Shown piece by piece: positions 1 through 9,343 of a DNA stretch of 64,000 bases (position 1 is the stretch's first letter; the number at the start of each line of letters is the position of its first letter). The notes beneath the pieces are model-generated. The model worked only from the letters and a program-made list of their open reading frames with translations, was not told the origin of the DNA and ran no database searches. The DNA is taken from the NCBI GenBank assembly GCA_963806185.1, contig CAWDXE010000001.1, forward strand, positions 832,001 through 896,000, in the 5' to 3' direction. Origin of the DNA: an uncultured candidate division Zixibacteria bacterium. GTDB lineage: Bacteria > Zixibacteria > MSB-5A5 > GN15 > FEB-12. A program made the translations under genes and the position numbers.

Positions 1-1847
1 AACCACTGATCGTGGTAGGTCTCATAATTGATCAGGCCGCCGAACCACTGTAAGGCCACGCCCCGTCCCCGGCGCGCCCGCTCACTGCCATACCGGTCAG
101 TGGAAAAGAACGTATCCCATCCGAGATGTATCACTCCCGGCACGACCTCATCCATCGGCGTCATCGTCTCCACCACGCGCACGGTATCATATGGCAGTTG
201 CCCGAGCGACGCACTGAAGAGCCGCAGCGATGCCATGATATCCTCGGCTACCTGACGTTCCATCTGCTTCCCGCCGACGCGAATCGGATCGTCCTTCATC
301 GACTCACGAGGACTATCGGAGCGTTCTCCGGTCAGAAGATCGAGCACAAAGGACTTCGTCAGCTTTCTCGCTTCTCGGCCAAGCACGACTGAATCCTTGG
401 AGCTTTTTGGATCATACGTATCCGATTCCCCGCTGACCGTCCCCTCGGATTCCGGAATATCCTCGGCCATCGGCTGATCCATCATTCGTCCTGCACTGTC
501 ACGGTGCAGCGCCGCGAGATGGTACACCACCACCGGCGGAATTTCCGGCGCCATGAATAGAAATCTCTCGTACTCTCCGACATCAAACGATACTGCCGCC
601 TGCGGCTGGGTCACCTGCCAGCGCGTGGTAACAAGTCTCCCCGCCCGCGTGCTGTCGACAAACTGCGCGGCCACGACGCCTTGATACTTGGCCGGGAATG
701 TCAGCGCGATATTAAATATCGCCTTCTGCGTCCGCTCATACCGCGGATACCAGTCCGCTCCGGCAAACGTCTGCAGCCGTCCCATGTGCCGCGCCCCCAG
801 TTTCCCGTGATAATAGAAACTGAGTCTGGTCGTCTCTCCCTGGTTCAGGGGCTGATTGAGTATCACCCACAGCGCCGCCGAACGGTGCTCATCCTTTGTC
901 CATCGCCGGAAATGCACCACCCGGTTTTCACCGTCGCGAACACTATCCACCTCCAGCCTCGGATGCAACGATAGCTCCACCAGCTGTGTCCCGGCCATTT
1001 CGCCGGTGCACGCCATCTCTGCCCGGCCGGTGTAATCACCATCATCCTCCAGCATCCCGGTGAGAGCATAAGCGTCCGCCCGCAGGGCCGTTTTGTCGAT
1101 CCCATTAAGCTGCTCGTACGTACTGTCCAGGTACACGGAATACTGACATACCGTCTCCATGCCGTGCGATACGATGAACTCTTCATGATGATTCGACAGC
1201 CGTACTTCTTCCCTTTGATACGGATCGAATTGATACATCACCGTGCCGCCGTCCTTAAGTTTCATAAGCACCGTCAAAAACGGCTGCGTGCGCGGCCTGA
1301 CCAGATTCTTGAGCGCCGCAAATAAGTACCGATAGTCCTCGCGCTCGGTGAGCCTTTCGCGAAAATTCCGGTAATCCGACAGGTCGTCCTTGTTCGGCGA
1401 AAACAGCTGCCCCACTGTCGAATCAATCAACTCCTGGTAGAATTTGTCATTGAAGAGGAGCACCGCCGATTCCACCTGGCGATCCAGCGAATCATTGCCG
1501 AAGAAGCGGTGGACTTCCTGCTGCTCCATGGTCACCGGCGGGGCAAACTGAACCCGGGCGCCCCCCGAGAAGAATGCTGCGTAGTACTTCGACGTCGTAT
1601 CCAGCTGCACCGGTCTGGCGAACACCAGCCGGCCCGAGGTCATGGTCAGAGAGAAATTCGTCTGCGAAAGAGTCAGCCCGCTCACCGTCCGACCGGTTGA
1701 CGGTTCCAACTCCAGTTTCTCCATCTGCGCCAGCGCCGCATTCAACCGCCCCGCCTCGGCCGCCCGGGTCGATATACCGCTGAAAATCAGGGTCGCGGCG
1801 ATTCCGACACACCATATGCCATTCGCTATTCGCCATTGGGTAGCCAA
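1..1847 (-). CDS. Secreted M1-family (aminopeptidase N-like) protein with degenerate zinc motif; runs off the left edge
   Basis: Not in the ORF track because it has no stop in the window. Manual translation gives an open frame from TTG at 1847 (RBS GAGGAG at 1855-1860) with a signal-like N-terminus (MATQWRIANGIWCVGIAATLIFSG), WYPRY, FDVGEYERF and ...PGVIHLGWDTF...RGRGVALQWFGGLINYETYHDQW, which aligns with the M1 HEXXH-QWxG...YHDQWLSEG region. Confidence 0.75.
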   Translation of the reverse strand, partial: MATQWRIANGIWCVGIAATLIFSGISTRAAEAGRLNAALAQMEKLELEPSTGRTVSGLTLSQTNFSLTMTSGRLVFARPVQLDTTSKYYAAFFSGGARVQFAPPVTMEQQEVHRFFGNDSLDRQVESAVLLFNDKFYQELIDSTVGQLFSPNKDDLSDYRNFRERLTEREDYRYLFAALKNLVRPRTQPFLTVLMKLKDGGTVMYQFDPYQREEVRLSNHHEEFIVSHGMETVCQYSVYLDSTYEQLNGIDKTALRADAYALTGMLEDDGDYTGRAEMACTGEMAGTQLVELSLHPRLEVDSVRDGENRVVHFRRWTKDEHRSAALWVILNQPLNQGETTRLSFYYHGKLGARHMGRLQTFAGADWYPRYERTQKAIFNIALTFPAKYQGVVAAQFVDSTRAGRLVTTRWQVTQPQAAVSFDVGEYERFLFMAPEIPPVVVYHLAALHRDSAGRMMDQPMAEDIPESEGTVSGESDTYDPKSSKDSVVLGREARKLTKSFVLDLLTGERSDSPRESMKDDPIRVGGKQMERQVAEDIMASLRLFSASLGQLPYDTVRVVETMTPMDEVVPGVIHLGWDTFFSTDRYGSERARRGRGVALQWFGGLINYETYHDQW

Positions 1848-1858
1848 CGAACCGCTCC

Positions 1859-3178
1859 TCACGGATGAAACTGCCGTACAAACTCCATTCGCTTCTTCAG
1901 CGATGGATGACTGTAAAACCAGAACTCCACTAACGCATTCGGATCAGGATCCGACAAATTGTACGCCGACAGCTTGTCAAACGCCGTCGCCGCTACTTCC
2001 CCGCTCACCCCGGTAATACGCATACCGTAAATGTCCGACTGGTGTTCCATCGAGCGACTCGCACCGTTCATTATCGGCTGCCCCACAAACAGGATAATCG
2101 TCAACAGCAGCATCACCAGCGGCAACGACGCAAAGTCCTCCAGTCGGTCAAACCGGAATGACCGCACGTTGCTTTGGATGAATCCGTGGATCAACTTGTT
2201 CACCAGCCAGAGCGCGACAATCAGGAAAATAATCGCCAGCCCCAACCCGATCCACATATGGTTCATGACATAGTGCCCCATCTCGTGGCCCATCACAAAC
2301 CGGATTTCGTCGACGGTGAAATTCTTGATCAACGTATCGAACAATACAATCCGTTTGGTATTGAACAATCCCGTGACATACGCATTGACCTTCTCCGATT
2401 GTTTAGATGCATCAACCTCGAAGACATTCGATCCTTCTATCCCCGCCTGGCTGGCCAGCGTCAAAATCTGCGTCTCAAGGTTCTTGTCCTGCAGCGGTTC
2501 GAACTTGTTGAACAAGGGCGAGATGAACACCGGCGCGACGACGATCATCAGGATCATGAACGGAATCGCTCCGAGCGAAAACACCAGCCACCAGTTCTTG
2601 AACCGCGAAATCACCCAGTAGAAGAAAAACATCGGGACAATCCCCAGTAGGATCGCAAGCCCGAGATACTTAAGCCCGTCCAGCCACCATTCCATGAACG
2701 TCTGGTTGAGAAACCCGTAGTTCCCCTCGACAACAAATTCGCGATAGTAAGACAGGGGGAAACTGAGGATGTAGTTGATGACCAGAAACAGCGCGAGATA
2801 AATCCAGGCCGAGAGGAACCGACTTTTTAACGACGATGCCCACGTGCGCAGCTTGGCCGACAAACCGGTGTACAGGAAGATGCAGAAGATCACCAGCGAC
2901 GCTATGAAATCCACGAATCGCCAGATATTCGTGAATCGCGAGTACGCGGTCAACTTCGCCTTGCGCTCCGGTGACAGCGGATACTGCACCTCGTCGGATG
3001 ATCCCCCTTGGGTGGCCGTAACCGCCACCGAATCCGACGGTGTCTGTGCGGGCGTATCCACCTGTGTGGCCGCCGCCGAATCAACGGGCACCGCGGTTGT
3101 GTCTCCTAAAATGCTGGAAACGCAGATCAGTGTAAGTCCGGCAATAATCAGTAGGCGCCAATAACCAGCCATGTGCAT
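1859..3178 (-). CDS. M48 family (Ste24/HtpX-like) membrane zinc metalloprotease
   Basis: Several TM helices, NAYVTG, HEMGH zinc motif, EHQSD and SHP. Start is probably ATG 3178 or 3172 rather than the ORF-track 3211. Confidence 0.92.
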   Translation of the reverse strand: MHMAGYWRLLIIAGLTLICVSSILGDTTAVPVDSAAATQVDTPAQTPSDSVAVTATQGGSSDEVQYPLSPERKAKLTAYSRFTNIWRFVDFIASLVIFCIFLYTGLSAKLRTWASSLKSRFLSAWIYLALFLVINYILSFPLSYYREFVVEGNYGFLNQTFMEWWLDGLKYLGLAILLGIVPMFFFYWVISRFKNWWLVFSLGAIPFMILMIVVAPVFISPLFNKFEPLQDKNLETQILTLASQAGIEGSNVFEVDASKQSEKVNAYVTGLFNTKRIVLFDTLIKNFTVDEIRFVMGHEMGHYVMNHMWIGLGLAIIFLIVALWLVNKLIHGFIQSNVRSFRFDRLEDFASLPLVMLLLTIILFVGQPIMNGASRSMEHQSDIYGMRITGVSGEVAATAFDKLSAYNLSDPDPNALVEFWFYSHPSLKKRMEFVRQFHP

Positions 3179-3280
3179 CCCCTGGTGAAGAATAATCGAA
3201 GTTGAGCCCAAAGTAGGTCCGGTTCTAAATCGTTGTCAAGCAAAACAGTAGGTGGCGCGCGACCAGTGGCGCGCAGGAAT

Positions 3281-3320
3281 AAAAAAAGCCGCCCGGCATA
3301 CTGCCAAGCGGCTGACTTTT
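3281..3320 (-). terminator. Intrinsic terminator downstream of rpmA
   Basis: AGCCGC..GGCA-TAC-TGCC..GCGGCT hairpin with an A7 tract on the + strand (U tract on -) and TTTT on the other side. Confidence 0.7.
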
Positions 3321-3353
3321 GATGGGCCAAAGCCCTGAGCGTATTCTTAATGC

Positions 3354-3605
3354 CTATTCGTAGACTGAAACCTGTTTGCCGGTTTTGCCGACTCGTTCGT
3401 ATTTCACGACGCCGGTAATTTTAGCGAACAGCGTGTTATCCGAACCGATGCCGACATTGTGGCCCGGGCGGATCGGGGTGCCGCACTGACGGACCAGAAT
3501 CGATCCGGCCAGTACTGCCTGCCCTCCGTAGACCTTCGTCCCGCGTCGCTGACTGTTTGAGTCGCGACCGTTCTTGGACGATCCTACACCTTTTTTATGA
3601 GCCAT
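3354..3605 (-). CDS. rpmA: 50S ribosomal protein L27
   Basis: [16 protein letters not shown]...GSILVRQ.GT...G.NVG.G.DNTLFA signature. Confidence 0.99.
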   Translation of the reverse strand: MAHKKGVGSSKNGRDSNSQRRGTKVYGGQAVLAGSILVRQCGTPIRPGHNVGIGSDNTLFAKITGVVKYERVGKTGKQVSVYE

Positions 3606-3683
3606 TACAAACCTCTATCGCTGAATCGTTTTCTTTACGTAGTCAATCCGTAGGGAATGGTCTCGGCCGCCTACGGGAGCCAC

Positions 3684-3713
3684 ATAATATACACGGCTTC
3701 CTCTTTTCCGCAA
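3684..3713 (-). promoter_or_regulatory. Putative sigma70 promoter of rpmA
   Basis: TTGCGG-18 bp-TATTAT on the - strand, followed by a CCGTAGG...CCTACGG leader hairpin. Confidence 0.5.
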
Positions 3714-3780
3714 GCGAGAAGTTAACATTATGTACTAAAACGACTTACACCGTGCCGTAGGTCCTTCCCGCATGGGTATC

Positions 3781-4077
3781 GTACCCCACCGGAACGGTGG
3801 GTTCATGATTCAATGGTTTCCCCTTCACCCGCATGCTGGCGCTCTCCCCGTACCCCACCGGAACGGTGGGTTCATGATTCAATGGTTTCCCCTTCACCCG
3901 CATGCTGGCGCTCTCCCTGTAGCCCACCGGAACGGTGGGTTCATGATTCAATGGTTTCCCCTTCACCCGCATGCTGGCGCTCTCCCCGTACCCCACCGGA
4001 ACGGTGGGTTCATGATTCAATGGTTTCCCCTTCACCCGCATGCTGGCGCTCTCCCCGTACCCCACCGGAACGGTGGG
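3781..4077 (+). repeat. Tandem array of 69-bp units, each starting with REP hairpin GTA(C/G)-CCCACCG-GAA-CGGTGGG
   Basis: Units start at 3781, 3850, 3919, 3988 and 4057. The inter-hairpin sequence is near-identical between units. Unit 3 has a GTAG tag, the others GTAC. Confidence 0.97.
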
Positions 4078-4078
4078 T

Positions 4079-4615
4079 TCAGGTTTCAATGGCTTCAGTA
4101 TCCATTTCAAGTTTACATCCACGTATGCCAGCGTACCAGCGACAGCTCGACCACTCCCACTGCTCAGCTGACTTGATCAACCCCGCCCTAACTGGATTAT
4201 TGTGACAATACTCGATAGCTTTCCGTACCTCTTCTACGTTCCGGCACGATTTGTCAAAACACCGCTTGTACCATAAACTGAACCTATGCTCGTGTCCTTG
4301 CTTGGTAGTAAGCCGATCAATCAGGTAACCGCCATGTCTGCCAATCTGAACGTGAATGCGCCGCGTGCTTTCCCTCTTGATGACTCCGATGACTCCCCCC
4401 AATTCAGTCTCTGAGGGAGGCACGATTACCAAGTGTACATGATCAGGCATGATCACCCAGCCCAACAGTGAGAATTGTGCGCATGCTCGTGCCTCGGCGA
4501 TGCTATCGACGACTGCCTGGCGCGAAGAATCGTTGGAAAGCAATGGAATCTGATGACGTGTGCCAAAAGTGACGAATCGAGCCCGTCCATCGTGATCATA
4601 GTGAGTCAGAAGCAT
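4079..4615 (-). CDS. rayT: REP-associated tyrosine transposase (Y1_Tnp, IS200/IS605 TnpA-like)
   Basis: N-terminal FVTF.T, HUH motif MPDHVH, catalytic Tyr in EYCHNNPVRAG, and W.WSS. Confidence 0.93.
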   Translation of the reverse strand: MLLTHYDHDGRARFVTFGTRHQIPLLSNDSSRQAVVDSIAEARACAQFSLLGWVIMPDHVHLVIVPPSETELGGVIGVIKRESTRRIHVQIGRHGGYLIDRLTTKQGHEHRFSLWYKRCFDKSCRNVEEVRKAIEYCHNNPVRAGLIKSAEQWEWSSCRWYAGIRGCKLEMDTEAIET

Positions 4616-4670
4616 AGAAGCGTCACATCACGTAGGAGTGAATCGGCGGCAATAACCTCGCCCCCGTACT

Positions 4671-5036
4671 GTACCCCACCGGAACGGTGGGTTCATGATT
4701 CAATGGTTTCCCCTTCACCCGCATGCTGGCGCTCTCCTCGTACCCCACCGGAACGGTGGGTTCATGATTCAATGGTTCCCCCTTCACCCGCATGCTGGCG
4801 CTCCCCCCGTACCCCACCGGAACGGTGGGTTCATGATTCAATGGTTCCCCCTTCACCCGCATGCTGGCGCTCCCCCCGTACCCCACCGGAACGGTGGGTT
4901 CATGATTCAATGCTTTCCCCTTTACGCCAGGCTGCTCTCATCATCCGCCAACGTCTCTGGCCACACAAGACATCCAAATTCACCCACACGCCGGTTATAG
5001 CCAATGAACTTCAAGCCCACCGTTCCGGTGGGCTAC
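4671..5036 (+). repeat. Second 69-bp REP array plus one inverted REP
   Basis: Units start at 4671, 4740, 4809 and 4878 (the last decays). Inverted GTAG-tagged copy CCCACCGTTCCGGTGGGCTAC at 5016-5036. Confidence 0.96.
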
Positions 5037-5051
5037 CGAAATCCACCCCCC

Positions 5052-8000
5052 TTACTCGCACCCCACCTTCAGCGGCTCGAACGTGATGAACAGATGATTT
5101 ATCAGCGCCGTCAAATCCCCGATATCCACCTGACAATCCCCCGTCACATCCGCCACCAACGGCGGCTCGATCGGCTCGAAGGTTATGAAGAGATTATTGA
5201 TCAACGTTGTCAAATCCCCGATATCCGTCCCGTGCGAATGATCAACATCCCCCAGCGTCCAGGTCCAGAATTCCTTCGTCGCGGCGAGCGTGCTCGCATG
5301 CTGACGGTCCCACGCCGTCACCCGCCACCAGTAATGCGTCCCGAACTCCAGCGAATCGGAAATCGTAAACGACGTTCGCCAACAGCGAATCCCGCACATA
5401 CGCAAACGCGAAATTCGCCCGATCCGAAACCTCCAGCTTATACCGCACCGTATCCTGCGGATCGAGATCGACCGCCGTCTGCCAGACAAACTGCGGCAGA
5501 AGATTGAACACCGGCTTGTTATCCGGCATCGGTGGCGATGTCAGCGCGAATGCCGCCGGCGGCTCATTGGCACCATTGACCAGGAACTGACCATACGATG
5601 TCCACGCCGAGTACTCAAACCCGTCGAACGCCCGCACCCGCCACCAGTACCGGCAGTTCTCCGCCAGCGCCTCGATAATCGCGCCTGCGGTGGAGTCTTG
5701 CCCCGACGGTACATTGGTCAATTCAATCGCCGGCCCCGCCACACAGTCGGTGTCGTGGAACCCGGCGAAATCGTAGGTGAGCGGATCGTTTTCGGCGTCT
5801 GACGAATTGCTGACCCACAGATTGGGGTAACTTCCGACGATCGCCATATTGATCGGCCCGATCATCACCGGCACCGCGGGCACGGAATTCATGCGGAACG
5901 AACTGTAATACCACGGCGACCAGAGCGTGCCGTTATAGACGCGAAGTCTCAGGTAGTAGGTCTGCCCGTCGCTAAGGGGCGAACCGTTGTAGACGACGAA
6001 CGTATCGCTCGACACCACCGGCGCCGGATTCCACATCTCGGAGTAGGTCCACTCGTTATCGGACCCAACCGCGATTTCGAACTGGGTCTGGGATCCCACC
6101 GGCGAGCCCCCATACCCCCATGTCAGGACGGGGAGAGTATTCATCACATGTACGTTGGTCATCACACCATCTACATCCACATGATTCAGTTCGAATACAG
6201 AGCTGTCTGCAGGAACGCTGTTCGCTCTGAAAGCAGCCGAAATGATGTCACTTTCGGTGTTTCCGGCCAGAATGGCAAAGCTGACCGTATCCACGGCGTT
6301 TGGCGCCAAGCTGATCGGCCCGGCCGACACAACCTGCACGATATCGGTAGCGGCGCCGATCTGCGTTGTCGCCGTTGCAAACCCATTGGTCAAGGACGTA
6401 TACTTCTCATCCGAAGTGAAACCGTTGCCACCCCAAAACGGAATCCAAGCGGTGGAGCCGAGCGCAGTCCAGGCAGATGCCCAGTCTCCTTCGATCACTT
6501 TGGCCCCGCGAAAATCAGATTTCGTACCACTGCTGTTTTGCGCCACCCAAGCCACATGGTTGGTTGCGTCATAGGCGCCGCAGTTGGGAGCGGGACTCTG
6601 GTTGATATACGGCGTCTCCCAGTCCATATATAGCCCGACATACATCGAAGGGATCGCCGAACCGCTGATGTTCTTGACAATGTACCTGATGATCAAAAAA
6701 TCATCGTTTGGCGCGGCCTGGCCGAAAGTCTCCTGGGTAACTTCGACGCCGATCGGCGACGCCGCCCCGTCGTCGGTGAACATCGACCGTGTTATGGTAA
6801 GTGATCCGGCGGTCGTCACTTGAAGATTCCCGTCTGCAACGGGAGTGAAATCGCGATCAGGCTCGAAACTGATACTGTGTACCGCGCTTGGCACCTGACC
6901 AAAGCCGGTGCCGATCATGAGCCCACCCTCCAGCAGCTGATTGCCTGAGGCATTAAACTTGAAGCCGACACCACCTGCTGGAAAACCGAGATTCGGACCA
7001 AGCCCCACGGCACCCCAATTGCTGACGCTCAACTGGATCTTGCCGGTGCTGTGCGTGTAGAGCTGGCGTGTCACCTTCGGGGAGACGAGCACAGACAGAG
7101 TTGTAGAAACGTCGCCGAAACCCGTGCCGGAAATCAACACCGACATCGGCAGGACGGCCCCCTCAAGTGCCGATGAATCGACGACTACTTTGATGATGTC
7201 GAGCGCCTTGCCGGTATCCAGCGCCGTGATCGTCCCAAACGATGCCGCACCGTCGATGACAGTCAACAGCGGGTCGGCCGACTGAACGTTGAGCGTCACG
7301 TTGCTGCCGGTCGCGTTACCCGTGTTCTGGAGTACTACGTACCCGGTGAGAGTGTCGCCGGGACCGACCTGATTCGCGATCAAATCGTACACGCTCAGCA
7401 GCGGCGAAGCCGCAGGCGCCGGCAGAGCGGCCAGAGGCCGCCACGCAGTCGATCTGTCCCCAACCGTAATCATTGTTGGGCAACGCTCCCCAATTTGAGC
7501 CGGGTGCAGCCGCCGCTGAATTCAGTATGGCCGTTTTGATCTGCGCCGGAGTCGCATTCGGGTTCTTCTGGCGCATCAGCGCCACCAGGCCGGAGACATG
7601 CGGAGCCGCCATTGACGTGCCCGACATGAAGCCGGTCGTGTTGGTCGGAATAGTGGAAAGTATGTTGGTACCCGGAGCGACGACGTTTGGCTTCACCATC
7701 CCTGCCTGGCAGGGGGACGGCCCACGCGACGATGATCCGCTGAGTACCGGCGGACTGACGGTAGAATTGAGATTGCCAATGGCAAAACAGTCAATGGTGC
7801 TCAGCGCCCGCTCGGCCGGATTGCGCGGTCCGGTAGCGCCTTCATTGCCAACCGCAAAAATATTCACGATTCCAAGAGCTTCGGTATTGTCGATGGCCTC
7901 GTAATAGATGTCCATACATTCGAAACCCTGGAAACCCCAACTGTGGTTGATCACGTCGGGCATATCCTCTACGGTCGACGGATTCCCATCGGGATCAGCG

Positions 8001-8863
8001 GCCCATTCAAAGGCGTCCAGTATCGATGCGTCGACATCGACCACACCGGCCGAGATCCACTTGGCACCCGGGGCTACACATAGCGTATCGCCGGTGGCGG
8101 GGTTGCGCCCTACCATAATACCCATGGTGTGCGTGCCATGGTTGCGGGAGCTAGGGTCAACTGACGAAATCAGATGTGGGTATTTCAATTTATCGATCGG
8201 GTCAAACCAGGCGGCAGCAGAGTCACCGTCGGTCCCCTTCCACGTACCGCTCAGTCCGGCGTTTGTGCCTTCAACGCCGGAGTCAAAAGAACAGACTATT
8301 CTTCCCCGGCCGGTATACCCCAGCAACCAAGCGAGATTGGCCTTTATGTAGGTGATATTACTCGCTACGCCTGCCGCGCTCGGTGGCAAGTCACGGCTAC
8401 TGGATTCTTCCACCGGAGCAATGAGGGTCGGGCGCGGGATCGTGGTCACCAACTCAACATCAGGACGCGCCGCCAGAGCGAGCAATGCACTCACCGGGAC
8501 TTCTGCCTCCACGACATTGGCAATCCAGTGGCCTTTTGGCGGACGGGTTGCCCTGCCTTTTCCGAGCGAGGATAGTTCATCCAGCAGGCGTGTCTGCGCC
8601 ATCCGGCTGTTATCGCGCAGCGCTTGAATAGTCTCACGGTGGCGGACAGCCGGGGGAAGCGTCTGGTCGGCAGCGATACCTCTTGCATCCATGCGAATGG
8701 AGGGTGGCGCCACCTTGATCCAGACCCGGACCAGGCTGGTATCGGGCAGACTCTGGACCCGTGCCAAAAGATCGGAAGAGAGTTCCCCCGCCACGCCGGC
8801 TGAGGTGAGAGCGACGAGAAGCAAGATGAAGCCGATATGCACTTGACTAGTGAGCTTTCGCAT
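5052..8863 (-). CDS. Large secreted S8 subtilase (bacillopeptidase F-like) with beta-sandwich domains and a C-terminal dockerin-like pair; two apparent frameshifts (~7440, ~5390)
   Basis: Joined from ORFs 7316-8884, 5242-7473 and 5052-5489. Triad motifs FDSG, NHGTHTMG and GTSMAAPHV; signal peptide; C-terminal GDVDHSHGTDIGDLTTLINNLF / ADVTGDCQVDIGDLTALINHLF. Confidence 0.88.
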
Positions 8864-8884
8864 AAGAGAATACCTCCAGCACAA

Positions 8885-8995
8885 TCAGTTTCGAGAGCAC
8901 AACCCTACGTTGCGGATCCGATGACGCTGCCCGTACACCGGAAGGCATACTGCGGCAAACAGGAAAATCACCACCCCGCGCATACTCGCTCTCAT
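8885..8995 (-). CDS. Putative 36-aa small protein with a signal-peptide-like N-terminus
   Basis: MRASMRGVVIFLFAAVCLPVYGQRHRIRNVGLCSRN, preceded by an SD-like GAGGGTGAT, lying between a promoter and the subtilase start. Confidence 0.4.
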   Translation of the reverse strand: MRASMRGVVIFLFAAVCLPVYGQRHRIRNVGLCSRN

Positions 8996-9054
8996 ATCAC
9001 CCTCGGAGATTAGTACCAGTCGAACGTGTGAACTGTCGGTCTTTGTGTGCTGTA

Positions 9055-9089
9055 CCCCCAATATACCCCCACCCCCTCCCCCACGTCAA
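9055..9089 (-). promoter_or_regulatory. Putative sigma70 promoter overlapping a G-quadruplex motif
   Basis: The - strand reads TTGACG-T-G5-A-G5-T-G5-TATATT-G5. Confidence 0.6.
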
Positions 9090-9343
9090 TGAAAAATGGA
9101 TAACTCAGGCTGTGACAGATTCTGTCAGTGCTTGCGCCGACGTGCCAAAACCAATTCAGCGATCGCAAACAGATATCACAAAAACCGTAACCTCTTGCCT
9201 CCCCGCCACCTGACTCTCTACAAGATTGTAGCACTTCGCTACAAAGTGTGGAACCGGGGCCCTTTTATATAGAGACGCATCAACAAACGAACCGGTTCGT
9301 CCGCGTCCTCTCCGTCCCACTGCTGGGGCGCCCCGCATAATTT

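Larger units (their letters stand above)
3781..5036. mobile_element. RAYT/REP locus: HUH Y1 transposase flanked by REP arrays
   Basis: RAYT CDS with 5 REP copies on the left, 4 on the right in the same orientation, and one inverted copy at 5016-5036. Confidence 0.88.

Noticed and set aside
3781..4940. 69-bp arrays as a CRISPR array
   Set aside because: The sequences between hairpins are essentially identical rather than unique spacers, there are no cas genes, and a RAYT sits in the middle.
3745..5086. Repetitive ORFs across the arrays (e.g. 3745-4122, 4623-4910)
   Set aside because: They arise because the unit is 69 bp (a multiple of 3) and lacks stops in several frames; there is no sign of coding function.
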